Positions 37,342-48,000 of a stretch of 64,000 nt of DNA are shown here, in pieces (position 1 is the stretch's first letter; every line of letters begins with the position of its first letter). The position numbers and the translations under genes were made by a program. The DNA is from a virus (taxonomy: Duplodnaviria; Heunggongvirae; Uroviricota; Caudoviricetes). The stretch covers positions 64,001 through 128,000 of the IMG/VR virus record IMGVR_UViG_3300028887_000068; one strand, 5' to 3'. The notes below the pieces were generated by a model. The model was not told where the DNA came from. It saw only the letters and a program-made list of their open reading frames with translations, and ran no database searches.

Positions 37342-37946
37342 TAGTAATCCTCGCTTGGGATTTCATCCCAGTTAACTTCAGCACGAAATTCACGATATGC
37401 AGAATCCAAGTTAGCAATCTGCATGAGGTCATAGAGCTTGCTAATCTGAACCGTTCCGATGAAGACACGGTTTTCGTAAGTGCCATAACACATCCTGTCA
37501 TCGTTGGAATTCGGATGTGTGCTCGGGTTTCCGTTAGCATCCTGAGCACGGATCTTGAGTCTGTCCGTGTAGTTATCCGGAATCTTCATTGCGAACGAGT
37601 GGATTTCAAGACTGCTATCTGCTGCCTTAAGCTTTTCCATCGTGGCGGCATCGAAGATATACTTACGACGAGACTTGATAGCCATGCACGGAACAATGGG
37701 CTTATGCAGATAGAAGATGATACGCTTATCAGACGGACTAAGCTTGATTTCCTTGACGTACGGATTGTGCGACAGATCCGTTGCCAACAAAGCAGATACG
37801 AATTCAGTAATACGAACGTTAGAGGAAACCGAAACGTTAGCAGTCGGCAATGGCGGTTGTTTCAGGTCAATATTGCACAGAGACTTTTCTCTTGTCTCTA
37901 TCGTCATCATAGACTTAGGCAGAGTGAGATTATCAAATGATTTCAT
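37341..37946 (-). CDS. Prokaryotic E2-like (UBC-fold) conjugating enzyme
   Basis: THPNSNDDRMCYG (HPN...C). True start M110 of the listed ORF (GGAG SD); TAATG-coupled to E1. Confidence 0.7.
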   Translation of the reverse strand: MKSFDNLTLPKSMMTIETREKSLCNIDLKQPPLPTANVSVSSNVRITEFVSALLATDLSHNPYVKEIKLSPSDKRIIFYLHKPIVPCMAIKSRRKYIFDAATMEKLKAADSSLEIHSFAMKIPDNYTDRLKIRAQDANGNPSTHPNSNDDRMCYGTYENRVFIGTVQISKLYDLMQIANLDSAYREFRAEVNWDEIPSEDY

Positions 37947-38583
37947 CGAAGTTTTCTCCGTTGCTAAGAATGAAACCTTTACCTTCCTTTTCGGAAGCCA
38001 TGTCAAAAATCTTTTCACTGACCGTAAGATAGACAGCCAACAAAGCGAACATGAACAGATGCTCACCTCCCTGACCATGACCGTTGGCGAAGCTAGTACC
38101 CCAGTGGTCAAAGCGAGGAACCTTAAACTTGTTGAACACTTCATTCGACGGTGCCGTCGGAGACCCATAGAAGAATCCGTAGGAGTTCTTCCCACAGTAG
38201 ATGTTAAGGACTTTGTAATCCGGCATATACTGGAACGAACTTTCGATGTCGTTATAGACACCAGCATCGACAATCGGATCTACCCAGATAAACACTTCCG
38301 GGCGTTCATTATGGATGTACGTCTTGTAACTCTGTCTTTGCGAAGACGAGGTAGAATACGCAAATTCCTTGATAAATGGATTCACGTCATGATAATGAAT
38401 GCCAGTAGCAGTGTTAGAAGTAAATATGGTCTGAACACCACTGCGCATAAGGAATTTGAAGATTTCCTTTTCAAGATCTTTCCCAAAGTCAGAATTATTA
38501 CTAACGAGGAGAGCGACTGTCCCCGGAATCCTCAGCCCTTCACACAAGCGTGTGCGGTCAAAGATGTTTCGTATGTTTTCCAT
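37933..38583 (-). CDS. Hypothetical protein, possibly an inactive Rossmann/E1-like partner
   Basis: 216 aa with an alpha/beta pattern (VALLV..SDFGKDLEKEI..L..SGV; VFIWVD); first gene of the operon. Confidence 0.65.
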   Translation of the reverse strand: MENIRNIFDRTRLCEGLRIPGTVALLVSNNSDFGKDLEKEIFKFLMRSGVQTIFTSNTATGIHYHDVNPFIKEFAYSTSSSQRQSYKTYIHNERPEVFIWVDPIVDAGVYNDIESSFQYMPDYKVLNIYCGKNSYGFFYGSPTAPSNEVFNKFKVPRFDHWGTSFANGHGQGGEHLFMFALLAVYLTVSEKIFDMASEKEGKGFILSNGENFDEII

Positions 38584-38680
38584 TTTTCCATTCCTTTATG
38601 GTTAAGGTCTGTTTTTTATATAATGCTCAAAATGAAGTAAAGAGTAAACTAATGATTGAATACTTTAAACGAGGTTTATC

Positions 38681-39523
38681 ATGGATCCAACTCTCTCTAT
38701 CCACAAGTCTCTTCATGGCGAAAAGCGTCGCCTCCAGCGTGCTAAGCTCCAAGACGCTCTTCAGTTCAACAGAGAATTCGCCGAAGAGCAGTTCCAGAAA
38801 ACTATCGACCGCAACAAGTTTAAGACTGCTGAAGCTGTGAAGCACAGCACTGCTAAGAATCTCGAAAAGAGAAATTCTATGCTCCAGAATCAGCGCATTG
38901 ACTCTGCATTTATCGATCTTTTGTCTGGCGGGTTTGGTAAGATTGTTGCTACGGCTTGTGATGTCAACCCGCATGTTCACCTTAACGATGAAATCGCTAA
39001 GACTGCTGCTGACACCTTCCGTGATCTTCTTACTGTTAAGCACTACTTCAACCTTGAAGATGCTGCTAAAGCTAACCCGCACTTCCGTGTGTATCTTACG
39101 AGCGTAGCTGATGTTGCCCGTGATACCGTCGCCGGAAATGAAGAAGTCTCTAACGCTATGGTGCTCAAGGAAACCTTCGAAAATGATGTCGCTGATGTCA
39201 TTAACCGTAAGGTTCTCGCAATGCTCTCTAACGAACAGAAGATTGAAGCAGCCCGTAAGGAAGAAATCAAGCTTTCTAAGAATGTGCAGTTCCCTGAACA
39301 GTACATGAAAGCACAGGCTGGTCGCTTCAACACATTCTTCAAGCAGATCCTCGATAACACGATCAAGGAAATGCCAAATGAAGACAAAATGTATCAGTTC
39401 ATGAAAGCCGTTGGTGTCTATGGTGCTCTCGAAGCCCTCAACACCCTCAAGCTGGTGGACAGAGCTAACTTTAAGCTCAATACCTTCGGTTCTGCTGCTT
39501 TCCTCAAGTCCAAAGCCTTTTAA
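38681..39523 (+). CDS. Hypothetical protein, probably virion-associated
   Basis: 280 aa, GAGG SD, AACT-N6-TG at 38647-38659, strongly biased codons. Confidence 0.75.
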   Translation: MDPTLSIHKSLHGEKRRLQRAKLQDALQFNREFAEEQFQKTIDRNKFKTAEAVKHSTAKNLEKRNSMLQNQRIDSAFIDLLSGGFGKIVATACDVNPHVHLNDEIAKTAADTFRDLLTVKHYFNLEDAAKANPHFRVYLTSVADVARDTVAGNEEVSNAMVLKETFENDVADVINRKVLAMLSNEQKIEAARKEEIKLSKNVQFPEQYMKAQAGRFNTFFKQILDNTIKEMPNEDKMYQFMKAVGVYGALEALNTLKLVDRANFKLNTFGSAAFLKSKAF

Positions 39524-39543
39524 TGAACCTCGTGGATTAAATA

Positions 39544-39574
39544 ATCCTGTATCGCAAGATACAGGATATTTTTT
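39544..39574. terminator. Terminator
   Basis: ATCCTGTATC-GCAA-GATACAGGAT followed by a T run. Confidence 0.7.
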
Positions 39575-40079
39575 ACATGATATAACGGATGTAGACTGGC
39601 CTCATGGCATCATCAGAAGCATCCAACATGAAGAGAGTAAAGATAAAGTCCTTGATGGACTCACGAACCTCTTCCGGCGGAAGCTTCTCTTTCAGGTATT
39701 CGCTGTTCGGATCCTGAAGGATGGCATGAATCTTGTCGACGAATACGGATACTACGCCGACACGGATGATGTTTGTCTTAGCATCCGCAACGCTCTTCTT
39801 GCTTCGGGCCATTTCCATAACGTCCTTCGGAACGGCTTCCCACTTGATCTTCACCTTGAACACCGGATTAGACTTATTGACACGACGGTCTCTCTTGTCA
39901 TTAAAGTCCACGTATGCACAGTTGTCGATACATTCTACAAAGAGCGAGAAAAGTTTCTTGATGTCTATGTATGTAACAAGATTAGTTCTGGCTTCCTGCA
40001 ACTGCTTCAAGAATTCTTTGTCTTGCTTGAAGATGTCACGGAGAACGCCAGATCTAAAGCTTTCCCGTTTCATTCTCAT
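39573..40079 (-). CDS. Hypothetical protein
   Basis: Start re-assigned behind GGAG. Confidence 0.7.
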   Translation of the reverse strand: MRMKRESFRSGVLRDIFKQDKEFLKQLQEARTNLVTYIDIKKLFSLFVECIDNCAYVDFNDKRDRRVNKSNPVFKVKIKWEAVPKDVMEMARSKKSVADAKTNIIRVGVVSVFVDKIHAILQDPNSEYLKEKLPPEEVRESIKDFIFTLFMLDASDDAMRPVYIRYIM

Positions 40080-40104
40080 AGTTACTCCATTGGTTCTCAA
40101 TGAT

Positions 40105-41880
40105 TTAGTTCGTCTCATTGTAGATTATGTTCACGACACCACGATCTTCGAATAGGGCTACATCGTAGTTAGAGAACGTCTTCACACAGTAGACATAGAT
40201 ATCATTAAGAGTGATCGGAGTAACCGGAAGCGATTCGATCATTTCCGAAACCTGTTCGATGAGAGCATCGAAACTCTCTCTAAAAGAGTCAATGTATCTC
40301 TGATTGTAGGCTTCGCCAGTGTTGTCCATCGTAAGAGCCGCCACTTCTGCCTGTATAGTTGCTTCTACACTTGTAATGGCAGCAGCAGCTGTCTTTATAG
40401 CCGAGACTTTCGCTTCGAGACCATCAATGAATTTCTCATACTGCTTTCCAGTGGAGGCTGGTTCCAGAATGTCTATGATATCCTTGAATGGATGAGCAGA
40501 AATATGCCTAAGTGCATAAGACAAGAATGTATTGACATCAGCAACATTCTTAAATTTGGTGCAATAGTTATACTCGGCTGCTGTCTTGGCGATTGTAACA
40601 TCAGCATAATCAGACGGAGCCGTCGATGGGAAGACATTTTTCAAGGAGAGTGTTCCATACTGACCGGATTGTGCCTTACTGAAATCAGCGGAGATACGAG
40701 TCTGACGATTTTCCGGGAAGGAATCAGCATCACTCGTTGGAGAGCTTCCTTCGTAAGAAGCCTTTACTGCCATGAGGTATTCGCGGTTTTCGTTGATTTC
40801 TTCTTCTGGAACAGCTTGCACATAAGCTTCGAAGCTATTGCACAAATCAGAAAGATCTGTTAAACCTTGTCTGTATGCTGCCATAACACTGTTATAATTA
40901 GCCCATGCTTGCGGATTGGTTTCAGGAGTACCAGAAGGCTCCGTAGGTTCCGTTAAGGATGAAGCCAGCGTACTTATCTTGTCCCCAGTAACGGACTCAT
41001 TGTGCCTGTTTCTTAGATACTTCTTAAGCCACTCTACTCCAGCAAAAGCTTTTTCGATAGTAGCTTTTTCGATTTCAAACTTCTCGCGAATATCAGCGAT
41101 AATATCATCGGTAATGGCACGATAGGACTGTGAGCTGGATAGTTCGATCTCTACTCCGTTACCAGCTTGCATACTTTCTAGCTTATCACCAACCGGAAGA
41201 GTAGAAGCGAATGGCTGTACACCGTTAGCTATCCTGAATGTTTCAGTTTCGCTGTTAAATTCCTCATAGAGAGGCGTGATGACCGGAGTATGAATGTGGT
41301 CTTCAACATTACTTCTAACCTTGGTGTTAATGAAGATAGCGTCATCATCCTTAAGGTAGTTCTCAATGTAGAAGACTAGGTTAGACCCGACTTTAGATAA
41401 TGGTTTCATCATTTTTGTGATTTCCTTGCTACAGTTGAGCTTTTCGAAGTCTTCCAATGTAGCAGATTGGAGATCATCAACAAGCTGTAAAGTACTGACG
41501 AATGTAGAAGACCTTGCTTTATAGATATAGAAGTTTCTTACATCTTCCTCGATGTGCTCTTCTAGTAATCCTCCGAGAGTCTGGTCTTCATAAATCCCAA
41601 CTTCGATACCTTGTTCTATACCGCCTTCAGGGTACGGTATAGCTGTTCTGTGACCGAGTTTCGGTTCGGCTGCATCTGTCTTTGCAATTTTTGTTGTGCC
41701 ATTCTTCCGAATCTGCTCAAGTCTTTCTAACAGAAGCTTGAATTCGAAATTAGTGAATGCCCTCTTATCGGCATCATTCACATCGTAGACAAAAGCTGCA
41801 TAGTTCTGTATAACAGTAGACAAGTTTTGGCGGATATCTGTCTCCAGATAAGCCAGTTTCATATCTATAAGCTTTGACAT
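40105..41880 (-). CDS. Hypothetical protein, probably structural
   Basis: 591 aa, AAGGA SD, AACT-N6-TG at 41893-41905. Confidence 0.8.
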   Translation of the reverse strand: MSKLIDMKLAYLETDIRQNLSTVIQNYAAFVYDVNDADKRAFTNFEFKLLLERLEQIRKNGTTKIAKTDAAEPKLGHRTAIPYPEGGIEQGIEVGIYEDQTLGGLLEEHIEEDVRNFYIYKARSSTFVSTLQLVDDLQSATLEDFEKLNCSKEITKMMKPLSKVGSNLVFYIENYLKDDDAIFINTKVRSNVEDHIHTPVITPLYEEFNSETETFRIANGVQPFASTLPVGDKLESMQAGNGVEIELSSSQSYRAITDDIIADIREKFEIEKATIEKAFAGVEWLKKYLRNRHNESVTGDKISTLASSLTEPTEPSGTPETNPQAWANYNSVMAAYRQGLTDLSDLCNSFEAYVQAVPEEEINENREYLMAVKASYEGSSPTSDADSFPENRQTRISADFSKAQSGQYGTLSLKNVFPSTAPSDYADVTIAKTAAEYNYCTKFKNVADVNTFLSYALRHISAHPFKDIIDILEPASTGKQYEKFIDGLEAKVSAIKTAAAAITSVEATIQAEVAALTMDNTGEAYNQRYIDSFRESFDALIEQVSEMIESLPVTPITLNDIYVYCVKTFSNYDVALFEDRGVVNIIYNETN

Positions 41881-42016
41881 AATTGATTCCTTTCATCATA
41901 GAGTTCACTTGATACGAGAAGACGAAAGTTTTATTTTTTCTAGGTTTATTATAAAGAAAAAAATATAAAACTTGGAAAAGTGGAACTTGATAATGGATTT
42001 TTATATAGGAGCTACT

Positions 42017-45000
42017 ATGAAACTTGGCTTTCTTAAGAACCTCGTGACTAGCTTCACTAACTTGGCAAAAGATGCCATCACTTCTGACGTCTTTCCTAAT
42101 ATCTCGAATGTCGCTGGTGATATCCGCAGCGGCTTAAAGGAAATAAAGTTTGAAGAGACAGCTACGGGTAAAGCCACAGGCGAGCTCAAGGATGTCTTTA
42201 AGGACTCTGCAAAATCCTTTGCTGAATGGGGAAAGCAGCTTAAGACTGGTAAGTTCTATGACGAGTCTAAGGCTGATATGGCTTCTCTCTTTGAAGATGA
42301 AGAAGCTAACGCAGAATTCGAAAGTGCAATGAAGGACTTCGACAGTGGATCCGATGAGGATAAAGACCTCTTTGGAGATGTTTCCACTGAAGAAGAAGGT
42401 TCTGTTGATTACGAAAAACTCGGTAACGTCGTTGAGACTGTTGCCGAAGAAGTAGTCACAGACATTGCTAAGACTAATAGAGACAACGCAAGCTTTATTG
42501 CTGGTACTGTTTCTCAGAGCGGAGCTAGAACCACTGGTGCTATCGCTAAATCCGCTGAACTGAACTTCAATGCTATTGCGGCATTGGATAAGCGTCTTGC
42601 TTCTATTGCTGAAGCACAGAACAAGTACTACGCAAGTTCTCTTGAACTTCTCGGAGAAATTAAACAGCTTACCAAGAATACGGCTGAAATGCAAGCAGCC
42701 CAGACTACGGACTGGAACGCTGACCGTATCGAGCACATGTTCGAAGATGGTAAGTTCAATATCAAGATGTATGCTAGAGAACTTGACCGCAAGTTCGCAT
42801 CTGATAATCCTATTCTTGGCGCTGTAGATGAGTATAAAGATCTCGCCAAGATGATGGCTAACCCGACCGGGTTGATGAAGATGGGTATGGGATCTCTCAT
42901 CCAGAAGATTCCTATAATCCAGACTCTCAAGAAGATTGATGACAATCTTGGTGATTTTATTGAAATCACTCTCAACAGCATGGCTAATGCGGGTGGTTCC
43001 GGTAGAGTCAGTGACCTTCTCAGATTCTTTGGTAAGAAGTCCAGCAAGTCATACTTGAATGTTTCTGCTGCTGATTACAAGAAGGAAAAGGTCACTAGCT
43101 GGGACAATGAAAGCAAGCTTGCTCTCACTGTAGCTATTCCTAAGCTTCTTGAAGACATTAAGCTACTCGTCGGAGAAGATGTTTCTGCCCGTACTGGTAA
43201 GTCTATCAAGAACATTCTCAAATCTGAACACAGAGAACAGTTTGACTATGGTAAGGGTAGATTTGTTAATCAGCTCGAAGAAAAGCTGAACATCGCAAGT
43301 AAACATCTTGTAGGTCTTAACAACCTTGTTCATGTTGCCGAAAGCGTCCTTGCTGTTGTTCCGGAATACCGCGAAGCTTCTCCTCTCAGGAAGAGAGAAA
43401 TGGTGATTGATACTGCAAAGTATCTTTCCGAAGCTGCGAACAAGGGATTTAACTTTGATATCGCTACCGCAAAGGGCGACGATATTCTTATCGCTGCTGC
43501 CCATGTGGTTTCCAGAAGCTATACAGAAGGCACTATAGCCTCGGTTAAGATGTCCTTAAAGGCTGACGCCAATACATACATCAAGAACACTGCCAAGCCA
43601 ATGGCAGCGGAAGATTTGCAGTATCTTCGTCATGCTCAAGCTGGTGACCGTGTTGTAGCTGGTCGTAAGATCGGTACTAACTACGAAGAAGCTCGTAGAT
43701 TCCTTGAGGAAAACAGACAGGAGCTCAGCAAGGCTGGTCTCTATCTTGAATTACAGGATCAGATCAGAAAACTGAATGCTAGCATGAAGCCTGGTCGTAA
43801 GGACTATGGCAAGCTCATGATGGATGTCATGAAGGGTGCTAAACAGTCTGATGCCGTCATCAAGGCACAAAAGACATTCAGAAGATACGAATCTGGTACC
43901 GATGAAGGTAGTGCTCTTAGTATGCTCCGTAGTGGTGACTTCATCACTAAGGGTGGTATGCTTAATGCCAGATTCAAGGGTGCAGAGATCGACGATAGAT
44001 TTGCTGGCGTTGATTTGGAAAATCCCGAAATGCTGGAAGCCATCCAGAGAGCTACTGGAACATCCTTCTGGGATACTCTTGGAAGATCTGGCGATGTCCT
44101 CGTGGATGATATTGCTAGAGGTGTAAGCACTGGTCTCGAAGCTATAAAGGGTGATACCTACACTATAAATTATAGTGTGACGAAGATCCTTAACATGAAC
44201 GATGAACAGTGGGCTGCTCTCGCTTTGGATCTCGTATGCGGTGATCCTAATAAGATTCCCAAAGGTCGTAAGGAAGACCGCAAGTGGCAGAAGCTCTGGA
44301 AGACACAGAAGCAAAGAGAACGTGCTGCTTTGAAGAAAGCCATTGATGAAGGCAGATTTACAAAGGCTGACCTTATTCATCATATCTCGGAACAGCAGAA
44401 CACTGAGTTCTTCTCGTCTCTCCCGAGACCTTACAAGATGTTGATGTATCTTCTCATCAACAACTGGACGAATGAAGTTGGTTTGATCCTTCGTGGAAAG
44501 GCCATGAAGGACTCCTCTCACAAGGTTCCGACCGCAGCAGCCGCTTACAGAAGACTTATACAGATTCTTCCTGAGAAGGGAAGAATTGTATTGGCTTCCA
44601 TTTTCAAGAATTTTGGTAATGACCAGCGCGAATTCTTCAAGCAGATGAAGGTGCTTGTCAATGAATTCGACTTGGTATTCTCTAATCAGGGAACTGTTAC
44701 TCATGACAGAGGCGTTAAGAGATCCAGAAGCCTTGGTGAAATTTTCAATATCATGGGCAGGCAGCTCTCCCGTAGCTTCAATAATGCAAGCCGTCATTCT
44801 GGCAAGATTGCTAGCGACCTTTCTGCCCAACTTGAAGGCAGAGAAGGTTCTAGAAACTTTACTGGCGGTATCAACAACGATCTCACATCTGTTAATACTG
44901 TAAGGTCTAAGTCTTATAGAGGCAATAAGTATCAGAGTTCCGCTGAACACCTTCAGGGATACAAGCCGTACGGCAATGGCGATGTCTGGTACGAAGACCG

Positions 45001-48000
45001 TATGGGCGGCTCTGCAACCATGTCGGCTCCTCCGAGTGCCTTCACAATGATGTATCAGGGTCTCGAAGGCAGATACACTGGTGCTTATGCTGATGGCGGT
45101 TTCACTGGAATTGGCGGAAAGTATCAACCCGCTGGTATTGTCCATCGTGGTGAATACGTTGTTCCGTCTGAAGTTCTAGCTTCTAAGAAGGGTAGTGAAC
45201 TTGTGGGCAAGCTCGAGAACTTGCGTGTTCGTGGCTTCGCTCAGGGTGGTTATGGTGCTCAGGGTAAGAAGGCTTATGAAGCCTTTGGTTTTGATGAAGA
45301 CGGTGATTGGGGAATCCTCTCTCACAAGGGTTGGAGGCCTAGCAAAAATAGCTGTATCGCTTTGATTAACAGATATGCTGACAGACAGGTCAAGCTTGGA
45401 CAGATTTCCAAGAAAGAAAGATCCACCGTTGTTGACCATCTTCGCCGTATTGCCAATATTAGCCCGCAGTGGTTGCTTTCCATCATTGATCCTGGTGATC
45501 TTGATAAGCCGATCGACCGCGAAGCTATCTTGAAGCAAGCCGAAGAAATGACCAGTGTTCAGTCTGAACCGTATCCGAGCCATCTCCCGAGACTCGGTGT
45601 TAATGGCACGATCTTCGGCGGAAGAATGGCAAAGAATGTTCCGCAGCTTGGCCTCATTTACTCCTACGTTGGAAGACAGGTTAACCTCGGAAAGATTGAT
45701 GAATTAGACCGTTCTGTTGCTATCTGGACTCTCAAGCAGCTCGTGATGAAGGATCCGGAAATTCTTACTAAGAACGGTATTCATCAGGGTCATCTTAATA
45801 GATCTCTCGATATCGAAAAACTTGCTGGCTACAGCTATGAAGACCTCGAAACAATGATGTCCGAACAGCTTGAAGCTAAGGAAGCCGACCGTAAGGACAG
45901 ATGGAGAAAATCTTTCAATCCGTTTAAGCGATATAGCCAGAGAGCTATGGACAAGGCTGACCAGATTCATACCAGTATGCTTGGTGTGAAGCAGGATGCT
46001 CTTGTCGGTAAGGATGCTATCAATGATGCTCTCTTTGGTGACAGTACCGACACGGCAGTTCGTTGGAAGACGTTCATGCACCGTAATGTCAAGGGTACGG
46101 CAGCTGGTGGTGCTACTGGTGCAATGGCTGGCGCTCTCTTCATGGGTAACCCGATTCTCGGCGCACTCATTGGCGGTGGTATCGGTCTTACGGAACAGAA
46201 CGAAAAGCTCCGTAGAGTTCTCTTCGGTGAAAGAGATACTGATGGCTTGTACAAGAAGCTTGGTCTTGTTGGTGAGCTCTCTAAGGGTATCATTGGCGGA
46301 TTCTTCGGTGACAAGGCAGGTGATGCTTTCGAACGTCACGGTCTTGAATTCATGAATCATCCGATGAAGTACATTCTTGGCGGTAAGTCTACTGCTGCTA
46401 CAATGGGTGTTCTCGGTCTTGCTGGTCTTACGATGGGCGGTGTCGAAGGTGCTCTCGTTGGTTCTGTGGCAGGTCGTGTATTTGGTCGTCAAGGCGGTAT
46501 CATTGATAGATTCTTGTACGGCAAGAGACATGGTGACAAGTATGAGGGCGGATTGCTCCATATGCTTCAGGGCGCATTTACGCTTGGCGTAGCTGGCCCG
46601 ATGAACACATTCCTCTTTGGTACTGACCATAAGAAGTATCTTGTGGACGGTGAAGATGGTTTCCAGAAGTATGACCCGAAGAAAGTCCGTGGCGAGTTCT
46701 ATAAGAACGTCATGAAGATGGGCGTAGGTCTTGGTGTCGGTGGTTTCCTTGGTAACGCTATTGGAAGCATGACTGGTATTCCGGCATTGAGTGCTGTAGC
46801 TGGTCTTGGCGGTGCTGCTCTTGGTGGTCTTATTTCCACTCCGCTTCTCGCTAAGAAGATTGCTAAACCGATGTTGAAGCTTGGCGCTGTTGGTGCAGCT
46901 GGCTTAGGCGGTTATGGTCTTGGGAAGTATGCTATTAGTCCGCTTCTTGATGCGGGTCTTCCGGCTCTCGGTGCCGTTGCAGGTGCAGGTGCTCTCGGTT
47001 ATGGTGCATACCGCTTTGCTAAGTCTGATCTTGGCAAGAAGGTTGGTGGTGCTGTCACTAGTGCTGTTGCGAAGATTGGTGATCTTGGTCTTAGAGCCAT
47101 CAAGAAGGTTGGCAATGTCGCTAGGGTAATCACTGGACTTCCGTGGGCTGCTGCTAAGGGTATTCTCACCACCTTCTCTGGTGATCCGAGATTACTCCAA
47201 GGGCAGAAGCTTATCGAAGCTGTTAACAAGGATCCGAATTCCTCTATAGGAGACAAGATTCTTGCAGGTATCTCCGGACAGTTGAATGAAGTCATGTCCT
47301 TCATGTCTCTTGAATCTATCACAAGACATAATGATGCCGAAAAGCAGAGAAAGGCTATTGAAGGAACATCTGAATCTTCTCTCGTCAGCACATTGCTTGG
47401 CGGTGGTGGTGCAGGTGCTGCTGGTGGTATCCTTAGCCGCTTCTTCAAGAAGCATCCGAAGCTTAAACCTATCGGAATGGCTATCGAGAAGTACGAAAGA
47501 CGTACCAAGCAGTTCAATGTCATGACACAGAAGATGCGCCAAGAGTTCACTTCTGTTAATGGCATGTCTAACAAACAGTGGAAGAAATACAGAAATACTA
47601 ATAATATTGAGATAAAGGACAAAAAAGAATATCTCGAATCTATCAAGGCTAAGGAAGGCAGACTTGCCAAGCTTCAAGACAAGATGCTCGGAAAGGAACA
47701 TGTTGTCGACGAAAAGGCTGGCAAGGTGTTTACTGGCGAAACGGCTGAAGTAGCTGCTTCCAATGCTAAGAAGGCTAATACACTTTCCAAGCTTGCCAAG
47801 GCTAAGGCTTACGCCAAGTTTGGTATTGGTTTCATTATTGATCCGATTGGTTCTGTTGGCAAGATCTTTAAGAGCAAGGTATTCCCGCATCTCATGAAGC
47901 ATCTCAGCTCTCAGAGCAGACTTACGAAGCTCCTTACTAAGATCGGAAACAATCCTGTCGCCAAGAAGATTCCTAAAGTTGGAAAGGTCATTACGCAAGC

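Noticed and set aside
37947-38273. N-terminal 109 aa of the listed 310-aa ORF 37341-38273
   Set aside because: Overlaps the 37933-38583 gene in another frame and has non-protein-like composition; the real start is 37946 behind GGAG.
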